Positions 52,045-61,582 of a stretch of DNA of 64,000 nucleotides are shown in pieces. The notes below the pieces were generated by a model, which did no database searches, was not told the origin of the DNA, and was given only the letters and a program-made list of their open reading frames with translations. A program made the position numbers and the translations under genes. The DNA is from Lepidodermella squamata (Eukaryota; Animalia; Gastrotricha): the NCBI GenBank assembly GCA_047495785.1, contig JBLDXI010000033.1:930001-994000 (forward strand), given 5' to 3'. Every line of letters begins with the position of its first letter. Positions within the stretch are counted from its first letter, which is position 1.

Positions 52045-52919
52045 CTGAAAAATTCGGCCGTAAAACAGGGTAACATTTAGGCTTTGCAGACGATTAGCCT
52101 TTCGGGGTTAAAAGTTGGAAATATAGGATTTTCAGCTTTAAATTCTCTGCCTATAGTCAGATTTCGTTCATCGTCAAACTCGGTCCAATTTGAGCATAAA
52201 AAGATTTGTAGACAAATTCACAATTTACTTGAAATTTGATCCTCTATGATATCTTTCAAATAATCATGGATTTAGTATTTTTTATCAAGATAAATAAATA
52301 AAATTAAAATTAATAAATATTTTTGAAAAAATTCGGCATGGGTACTACCTTACCTTCTGAAAACGCTATAACATTTAATAAGACCGTTACCGGGTTTGCT
52401 AGGGATGATATCGGGTAGTAGGGCAATGTCCCTATTAAGCACAATTTCAGGGACATCTCATTAGACTCACAATGGCAATTAAATATGCAAATGAGCGCCC
52501 AAAAATGAGAAATGGAAAAGCCTTCGTGAAATAGAAAAACTTTCCTATATAGGAACAGTAGGAATTACTTGAGTTTCGAATTTCCGAATCTGTTGAGCTA
52601 ACAGCAAACGCTGGCTTTTAGCTTTTATATAGTATATTGTTGTGTCCTAGGTTACCCTTCGTTAAGGCAAATTGTTCACCTTAAACAGCGTAAACTCCAG
52701 CTCAAAAGCTCTTATCTGCCAATTGCTAATAATTTCTGAGGTGGCAATAGCTATATGTAGCTATAAATATGATATCAATTTACAAAATCAGCATTGGTCT
52801 ATGCATCGTAAATCTATCGGCACTTGCAACAAACAATATTGCTTTATTCAAAGTGTTATCAGTTGTTATAACCAAACACAGACGAACAGTATAACAACGT
52901 ATGCAGGGATATCTTTTTA

Positions 52920-55370
52920 TTACGGTTGCTGCAGGTATTCTGCGTAGTACGAGTGCGACTCGCCTCCCAGCACGGTAACATTCGGTATCGAAAGCGGCTC
53001 GCGCGCATTTAGGCCTATATAGGCGATCAGCGGGTAAATTACCGATATGAGAGTAGCCGTAGTGAAGCCGAACCAATTGAGGAGGGCGGCGATAATTGTC
53101 GACGTTCTCATCCGCCGGCAGTTTGCTAAGCATCTACTACTAGTACCAGGCTGGTCCTTAGTCAGTTGGGCACTTTTCGCCGATGATCGACGATGGTGAT
53201 GGTGATTAAGCAAAGCCGCACTTCGCCTACGACAGATTGGCCGCGAAGTGATAGAGCCATAGTCCTCGCAATAATCAGTTACATCAATAAATTCTTCGGC
53301 AATATCAGCTAATTCAGGTCCTCGATTTTGGTAACGCAAAAACGATTTTCGAACTAATGAACTGCGGTTTTCTGATCCGCGTCGTTTGTGAGTGTAATAA
53401 CAGACCATAAGGCCCCACAATGGCAGCCCTTCATCCGGGTCAACGAGCTCGGTTGTTGTTATGCAGATTGAGACAGTGACGACAGATAGGCCTAACATGA
53501 TGTTTAGGTAGGTTTGAAGTAGAGATTCGTTTGAGCTGCGGGGTAACTCGCTGGCTAGTTGGCCCTGGAAGAAAAACGCGGTGAGTAGGACGACAGTGGC
53601 TTGTGGCACGCGGTCGATGTACTTGAGCGGGATGAGGAATGTCAGCACTTGCAGAATTGATAGCAGTAATAACGGCACTAGATACGTCCGCTGGAAATAG
53701 TCTGCAAAAAAATAAGAGCGATTGTAATTCCGAGTCGAGCGAAGTGCCAACATTATTTCGAAAAATACCGTTTTTATAAATTTTATAAAATTCAGAAAAT
53801 TATCAATCAAACGAAAGTTCGCTTTTTCAAAGATTTAATTGAGACATTTTTATTATTATGCGATCGAATATTTTTCTTGCAATTTTCATAATTATTATTG
53901 GATGTGCCATGGGGACACCCTAACCTTGGGGGTTCCAGCACTTAATTTACTAAAAATATGGCTTTCCGAGTTTCACGAGCACCCTATTAGAATCTTAATT
54001 TTTCCTAATCGAAGGTCCCACCATTAAGCATACTTTCTGCCATGAGTGGTCTCTTCAGCTAACAGCAGAGCCGATATCGATTCCAAGTATCGGTTTTGAA
54101 AATAACTGATTTTTCCAATATCGCCAACATTGAATGCCAACTAGAATTTCAACATTGAGCATGTTTACCTAGCTGATGGCGGCTATAATTAAAAATTCCA
54201 GGTTCAGGAGGAATCAGAATCAATGAAGAGCAAAGCATTGGAAAATTTTAGTGCTTCAGTTTAGGAAGCTAAATTTTTGGGTTGAAACCCATTAGTAATT
54301 ATCGGGATATTAAAAAATATTAAAAAAAACTTTGAAATTACGTTTTCATTTTAATTTTCTCACCTGATTTACGCTTTATTATTAAAAAGAATTGAGCTCG
54401 ACTGAAGCCTGTTTTCTTGCCGGTTTTGTAAATTGCTGCAAAGCCATTTGCATCTGAAAAAGGAAGTGTAAAAATTTATTCTTCATTATATTCTTCATTA
54501 CCGATGAGTTCCCACATTGGATTTTCGGAGTACATGCCCAAGGCAACTGCATCGGATTTATCAGGTCGCATCAAAATAAGCAGTTCACTGGCTGTATAAG
54601 TCACCGATTCAACGACAATCGAGCAGCGCCTTTTACATGAGAAATAAAAAATCCAATCCTATCACCTAAATTAAAAGCTTACTGATAATCGAACGGGTAG
54701 AATTTCAAGTCGAGCAAGCATCTGGTTGCAAATTTCCCACTCGGATGAAACCAAACTCGGCCGTCGTACGAGACTCGAAAGCGAAAATCGTCATGGTGAA
54801 TGAGGTTAATTTGATCTTCAACGCTGTTTGCCACTTGAATATCAGGGTACCAGATTTGCTCAGGAGCAATGACCACCTCCTTAATTCCACCATAAAGATC
54901 AGGATTCCAGGTCAGCGCTGAATCATTCCAGCCCTTCATACAAAAATTTAAAAAAATTTAAATAATTTGGAAAATTGGAATTAAAAAATAATAAAATTAT
55001 TAATTATTAATTATTAAATAACCAGCTGAAGTCTGATTGTAGTGATGAGCGTCTCGTGATTTTCGACAATCTCCTGCACTCGAATTAAAAACAGCCGACA
55101 GTGAACCACAAAGGGACATTCATGGCCGTCCGCAAACGAGTTTCCCGGGCAATTGAAGGCTGGCATAATCGTTTTATTGTAACCACTCCTTTTGCCGACT
55201 AGGTCATTGATCAACTCGGCTTGATTCAGATGCTTCCGGAGACGGTGAGCGTTTGGCGGTCCGATGGTGTAGTCCGAGTAATAATCGTATGTTTCAAGCG
55301 AGTTTTCAACAAAAACCGTGGCAACGAGACAAAAGGCGGCTAAAATAGGCCGAAGAATTATTGAGAACAT
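52920..55370 (-). CDS. Divergent Cys-loop channel subunit L8
   Basis: IWYPDIQVANS, Cys-loop CLLDLKFYPFDYQRC, M2 DRVPQATVVLLTAFFFQ, tail SHSYYAEY. Confidence 0.92.
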
Positions 55371-56907
55371 GATTTCACGCGTAATGCGCAATCATCGAGT
55401 TGCAGGCGTTGCCCGTCTTATTTATTCGCTGCAGAGATGTAGCGGTAGTTAATCCCAGTGTAATCATTTTACTCACCTCCGAGGCAAAAACTATTAGCTA
55501 TAAATTAGCACAGTGATTAGGACTCTCGCAGACATTTTTATTATTAGGGGCGTTGTTTTTCGCGCGCTAATACTGCGATAGATTTTGAGCACGAAGATGT
55601 TTGATAAACAAAATTAGCCGCTCATCGGCATATATCGGTATTCAATAACAACTGTGCTACTGATATATGATGATGGTTTATGAGTAAGTCCGGTCAATTA
55701 CCGAAATCAAAAATATTATTTTTTCAAATCCCTAGTGATTAGCCTTTATTGCCAATAACACGGCAAAAATTACTGTTGGGTTGTAGCAGCTTTTTTGCGA
55801 TCTCGATGCTGAGTACATTGAGTATTTATGAATTTGGCTAATAACACCATTGGGAAATTACCCACTTGACAACTAAGGAAAATCTGCGTCCTTTGACCTA
55901 GATTATTCGGATCGTAAATCGGATGCTCGCACGTCAAATCGCCCATGGGCCCTGACCCTCGATCGTCCTCATAACATTATATCTTATATTATTTTAATTA
56001 ATTCATTTAAGGAGATATAACACCCAGATATAGGGGCAGCTGAGACAAGTGATCAATAAAACAACAACAAAACTAATAATTGCAGAAGCATAAAAGTAGA
56101 TTGATTGAGGATCAATATCGAAATCGATGTAATAATCAGTATAAAATGAACAAGATGGCATATATAGGAGTAATCAACGGATTAGATTAAAGCGGCATTG
56201 GCGTTGTAGTAGTGTAAATATAAGCAGCTTAGCGACAAGCTTGTGACGCCCGAGGGCATTTGATTCCAAGTGAGTTCATATGGTAAGACATGCTTAGCTG
56301 GCCTCGCTCAGACGTGTTGGTCCTACATGTGCATCTTTCTATAGTTCCTTGAAATTATGTCTCTATAGGTGTCTAGAATTGTGAACCCGACCCGAAAAAT
56401 TCATTTCTTGGGTTATAAATGCGATTCCACGTGTTCTTTTCCTCTTCGTTTCCATCCTAATACCTACATTTTATAAAACAGATAATTATGAATGATGATT
56501 TCAGCATATACTACGATTCATTCAACGCAGTAACCCTCTAGAGCCTACTAAACAGACGCCAACCATGATGGAGTTGGAAGTCGGCTAACCAAAAATTTCG
56601 GCTGAAAAGGGGATATAAATTCGGGCCTCGCTTCGGTTTTCTTGAGAGATTGGCCGAAAATTAAAAAAAAACAAAAAATTGATCTGAAACAAAATTAGAA
56701 CCAAAATATCGGCTCGTTATAGCAAACATTCGTTGTAAAGGATGTTCGCTATAAATCAAAAGTAATTTAAAATTATATAATAATTTCGACGGAATTTTGA
56801 CATAAAATTCTGAAATTTTTAGGTTCGATTTCAGAATTGTTCTTCTTTACTTTTCCAAATTTCGGCATCTGAGCTGTCTTCGATTACCGTTTCGGTTTTC
56901 GCAATAG

Positions 56908-56951
56908 GCTCTTGCCCTTTGCCTCTTGCCTCTTGCCTCTTGCTTCTCGCC
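56908..56951. repeat. Short 7-bp tandem repeat, (CTCTTGC)n-like, about 5-6 units
   Basis: ctcttgccctttgcctcttgcctcttgcctcttgcttctcgcc. Confidence 0.7.
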
Positions 56952-57410
56952 ATCTCTTCCAAGTGAGACGGTGAGACAAGGAGAGAAATCAATGAGGAAT
57001 CGGTATCAACGATTGCGAGGTTGATAGATTTCAGAGGTCAAAGGAATTGAACAATTTGCCGAACATTTCACTCGCCATTTTCAGCTCGAGATTTCACCGT
57101 GTCGAACGCGGTTTCATTCCACATTGAAATTGATTGAAACTCTCCAGAAATTACCTCGAAAAAACTAAATCGCGTGTCAAAATGTATATATATTTCGGGA
57201 AAACGAAAATTAAGAACAATTGTCGGATCGCTTTTATATTAGGGTAATCTGAGGTGAGGAATTTCGCTAGATATTCTAAACGTTTTTAGCGGAATCAAGC
57301 TAGTGTCACCACACTAACACGAATCGATAGGACTTTTAAGCGACTTTTTTCTCAGACTAAATTCCGTTTAAAACAGCAATCCAGCAGAGGGTCATCTCCA
57401 TATTTTGAAG

Positions 57411-57856
57411 TGTTGGGGCCCGAGCCCGATTTCGGCCCGTACGCGTTCGGGCCGGCCCGTATGCGACCGGGTAACTTTGCCACTCCGCGCTTGGGCCAGT
57501 CTATAACGTGCCCGTATGCGACGTTTACTGTAAATTTAACAAACCGTGATTCTTCACCGCACACGGGCCGGCCAAGGTGTCGGCCCGAGCACGGCGGAGA
57601 ACAATGACAACCAGCGCTATTGTTCAGCGCCGTACTCGGGTCGCCGGGCTTGGGCCATCCATCCTACAACCAACGCCCTACCGATAACTGTATCAAGTCC
57701 CGGCCCAAACCCGGCGGCCCGGTCTATCGAATTGACAGTAAAAGTCGCATATGGGTGTTTTGAAGTGGCCCGAGCGCGGAGCGGCAAATCAATGTTACCG
57801 TCTGCGTAAGGCCGGCCCGAACGCGTACGGGCAGAATTCGGACTCGGGCCCCAACA
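57411..57856. mobile_element. GC-rich foldback/MITE-like element with imperfect terminal inverted repeats of about 130 bp
   Basis: TGTTGGGGCCCGAG...CTCGGGCCCCAACA termini; inverted similarity continues about 130 bp inward; many GGCCCG/CGGGCC units; AAG on both flanks. Confidence 0.8.
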
Positions 57857-57905
57857 AAGGCAACACATCAAACACATAATTACTCAGAATCAAAAGGCCC
57901 TATAT

Positions 57906-57969
57906 GAAATAACACCAAAATCTATTCACATTACCATGACTAATATTCGGCATAGTAAGGAACAGTGCC
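57906..57969 (-). pseudogene. Relic copy of the last codons and 3' UTR of channel gene L9
   Basis: Matches 61549-61612; reads GTVPYYAEY* versus GTVSYYAEY* in L9. Confidence 0.8.
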
Positions 57970-58364
57970 TACAAGATCGGACTCGTAGTTTATAGTGTGA
58001 TATTTTAATGGAAAATGGAAAAAGCTGGATTCCGCTTCCTAATTCGATTACTAGGGCCGAATGCATTGACGCTGCTGTTTTCTTTCTGAGACTATGCGAT
58101 ACCATATTTTTCGTTTTTTTCCTAATTTACTTTGGAAATAAAAAATTTGAATGATGATTTCATCAATTTCGAAGACTAATAAATATTCAGTATTGTGCTT
58201 TCATAAATTATATTATTCACACCTCGTGGATAGTGCCAATTGTCCACAAGACAAGACCCCTATAACAGCGTTCAATATTATTTTATTTGAAACAATCTAT
58301 CTTCAAGCATCAGAAAAGCTCTACACTCTACAACACCCAAATTCTGTACTCTGGAAGCAAACCG

Positions 58365-58712
58365 CTATTTCAACTGATGAAGCTTGTTTAAATACTTATA
58401 GCCGCCTTCCGAATACATTCGTTTGCAATTGTAGTCGGGAAGGAACTGTTGCAACTTTGCTTTCGCAGCGTCATCGCTTCCAGCCGGGAAGACAACGTGA
58501 TAATGCGGTGGGGTAACGGATTCGCAGCATCCTTCATCATCACGATAGATATGTGCGCCATTGGAAAAGCTGTCCAGAAAGCTTATCAGCGCCTCGATTT
58601 TTCCCCAATCTCTTCCGTCGGGTTGCAAATTTGGCTCGAGTTGCCCATTCGAGTTGACACGCAGTTCATCCCCAGAGCGGCCCAACTTGATTACAAACCA
58701 GTATTCGGACAT
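58365..58712 (-). CDS. Intronless HUH-endonuclease-like small protein, copy 1 (HUH and YxxK intact)
   Basis: YWFVIKL, PPHYHVVF, YKYLNK; TATAAAAA about 80 bp upstream and AATAAA downstream; three paralogs in the window. Confidence 0.65.
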   Translation of the reverse strand: MSEYWFVIKLGRSGDELRVNSNGQLEPNLQPDGRDWGKIEALISFLDSFSNGAHIYRDDEGCCESVTPPHYHVVFPAGSDDAAKAKLQQFLPDYNCKRMYSEGGYKYLNKLHQLK

Positions 58713-59536
58713 TGTAATGCAAAATAAGATTTTTTGAATAATATTATCGACCTATAACCTTCGAATGCTGAAGCCTACCGCCATTTTGGTTATTTTTATA
58801 GGCCCACCGCCAGTAATATGAATCACAGCATATGAGATAAAGACATCCTCAAAGCCTTATCTTCTCGGTTTTTTAAAAGGTGAATACACAACCGCACGCA
58901 GCCCACGGACAAAAGATGCACAATTTGAATCATTTTGCATTGTTTTTCTGCTCGACAATGTTTAGCAACTTATCCGATGGACTGCTGCCTGGGTTCATTA
59001 TACACAATTTCGAAGCGAAAACATAAATCTTAAGTAACGAAATGACACAAATCCTGTGTCTGGGCGTGAAAACCCAGTATATTCGTATGAATTGTAACCA
59101 CGAAAATTAAGAGCAATTGTCGGATCGCTTTTATTTATTTTCGATCATTCTTTATGAATAATTGACCGGTGAATCATCATCTTTCTCCCCAAAGGCCCTC
59201 AAGAATCTGTTAGGAATCCATTTGAATTAGTTTAAAGACGATTGATGATGATTTGCCATCAACTATTTTGTCCCGAAATCTCGAGTTTTCCTTAAACAAT
59301 ACTTTCCAGGTAAAAAGTAAAAAGTAAAATAATTGATGTGCCTCATTTTTTTGATTGTGCTGAAGATGATGGCGTCAAACAACAGGGGCTAAAATTTATG
59401 ATGTGAATTTGTTTATTCATCGGCCGATTTCTGAGAGAATGATACATATCAGTTTGTAAAAAAAATCGCAGAGAAGTTAACGCATAAAAGCATGTGGACA
59501 AGCGACGTGGCCCTTACAATCTGTGGAGGCGAACTG

Positions 59537-59887
59537 CTATTTCAACTGATGAAGCTTTGCAAGGAACTCGTAGCCGCCCTCCGAACGAATTCGTTGGCAA
59601 TTGTGGCCGGGAAGGAACTGTTGCAATTTAGCTTTCGCGTCTTCATCGCTTCCAGCCGGGAAGACAACGTAATAATGTGGCCCGCGAACAGAATCACAGG
59701 ATCCTTCATCGTCAAGATAAATATGCGCGCCATCGGAAAAACTGTCCAGAAAGCTTTTCAGCGCCATGACGCGGTTCGATTCTCTGCTGCCGTCGGGTTG
59801 CAAATTCGGCTCGAGTTGCCCATTCGAGTTGACAAGCAGTTCATCCCCAGAGCGGCCCAACTTGATTGAAAACCAGTAATCAGGCAT
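59537..59887 (-). CDS. HUH-like small protein, copy 2 (HYY, YEFLAK; probably nuclease-dead)
   Basis: Clear paralog of copy 1 with an intact ORF despite many substitutions; AATAAA near 59413. Confidence 0.65.
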   Translation of the reverse strand: MPDYWFSIKLGRSGDELLVNSNGQLEPNLQPDGSRESNRVMALKSFLDSFSDGAHIYLDDEGSCDSVRGPHYYVVFPAGSDEDAKAKLQQFLPGHNCQRIRSEGGYEFLAKLHQLK

Positions 59888-60874
59888 TGTAAAGCAAAAT
59901 TAAAAAATCAGGATTCTTAGAATTAGAATCTGCGAATACTACAAGCTAGCTACCGTTCGCAGTATATTTTAAGCCCATCCGCTGGTAATAAATAAATACC
60001 TACCACCTTACATTGGGTAACAGCATTAGAATTGCGCATATCCGCTATCCGCCTTAACAAACAAACTGGGGAACGTACAAGAGTACGCTTGCAGCTGTGA
60101 ATCGATTAGATTATGGCTCATGATATATAAATATATAGGATATAGGATGTACCGCAGATTTGAACTATTCAAGTTATAAAATAGCCTTATAACAAACAAA
60201 CATACCTATAATCCAATCGCGAGAGATCGCGCGTGATTAATGGCAAATTTTATGCTTGATCATCGAAATATTAACGCATTGAATATTACTCAGAAATGAA
60301 TCAGAAAGCCAAGTATGACCAAGCAAATGCCCTGCGTGGCACCTCCGAACTCCGAAACGCAGTAGCTTCCTCAGCCGCGACGATTTATAGCCGCCAATGG
60401 ATCTTACTATAACGCACTAAATACATCGAACCTTTTTACATTGCGAATTCTAATAGAAAGCTACGAATGGCATGTAATACTTTTACCCTCATTTTATATA
60501 TTTTTACACTACATACATGATTGTTTTTACTCGTTATGAGGCTCGAGTCAACGCGCCGAGAGCGTCTATGACGGATGGTGGTACAAATAAAATCCCTTCA
60601 CATGCCAAATCTCGGACGGCTCCGTACAGATATAAACCTGTTACTCATGTCATACCATACAAATATGAATGATGATTTCATAAATATCGAAGACTGACAG
60701 TAGGGTATTATTATATTCACACCTCTTGAAAAACGCACATTGTCTCCAAGACAAACAACAGCGTTCAATAAGATTTTATTCACCTCGGAAACAGTTTACA
60801 ATCCGCACAGAATTATCAGCAAATCGCCCTCTCTACTATTTGCTCATCAAAAACTGGACTCTGCAGGCAAACCG

Positions 60875-61222
60875 CTATTTCAACTGATGAAGCTTTGCAA
60901 GAAACTCATAGCCGCCTTCCGAATACATTCGTTTGCAATTGTAGTCGGGAAGGAACTGTTGCAACTTTGCTTTCGCAGCGTCATCGCTTCCAGCCGGGAA
61001 GACAACGTGATAATGCGGTGGGGTAACGGATTCGCAGCATCCTTCATCATCACGATAGATATGTGCGCCATTGGAAAAGCTGTCCAGAAAGCTTATCAGC
61101 GCCTCGATTTTTCCCCAATCTCTTCCGTCGGGTTGCAAATTTGGCTCGAGTTGCCCATTCGAGTTGACACGCAGTTCATCCCCAGAGCGGCCCAACTTGA
61201 TTACAAACCAGTATTCGGACAT
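60875..61222 (-). CDS. HUH-like small protein, copy 3 (HYH, YEFLAK)
   Basis: Identical to copy 1 except within the last ten codons, which resemble copy 2. Confidence 0.65.
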   Translation of the reverse strand: MSEYWFVIKLGRSGDELRVNSNGQLEPNLQPDGRDWGKIEALISFLDSFSNGAHIYRDDEGCCESVTPPHYHVVFPAGSDDAAKAKLQQFLPDYNCKRMYSEGGYEFLAKLHQLK

Positions 61223-61582
61223 TGTAATGCAAAATAAGATTTTTTGAATAATATTATCGACCTATAACCTTCGAATGCTGAAGCCTACCGCCATTTTGGT
61301 TATTTTTATAGGCCCACCGCCAGTAATATGAATCACAGCATATGAGATAAAGACATCCTCAAAGCCTTATCTTCTCGGTTTTTTAAAAGGTGAATACACA
61401 ACCGCACGCAGCCCACGGACAAAAGATGCACAATTTGAATCATTTTGCATTGTTTTTCTGCTCGACAATGTTTAGCAACTTATCCGATGGACCGCTGCAT
61501 AGGTTCATTATAAATAATTTCGAAGCTGACACATTACTCTAAAGTTACGAAATGACACCAAAATTTATTCACATTATCATGG

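Larger units (their letters stand above)
58398..61492 (+). repeat. Direct repeat: 58398-58982 identical to 60908-61492 (offset 2510), with diverged homology on both flanks
   Basis: Base-by-base visual comparison. Confidence 0.85.

Noticed and set aside
56717-56754. Imperfect hairpin TTATAGCAAACATT..GATGTTCGCTATAA
   Set aside because: Resembles a common MITE subterminal motif; nothing links it to the HUH genes
57352-57877. Several ORFs with similar peptides on opposite strands
   Set aside because: A by-product of the GC-rich inverted repeat, not genes
60281-60289. GAATATTAC matching the CRESS-virus nonanucleotide NANTATTAC near the HUH genes
   Set aside because: No convincing stem flanks it, and seven fixed mostly A/T bases occur readily by chance in AT-rich DNA
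58449-61237. Plus-strand ORFs overlapping the HUH-like genes (58449, 59492, 60740)
   Set aside because: Antisense shadows with inconsistent starts; the TATA box, polyA signal and ATG conservation all favour the minus strand
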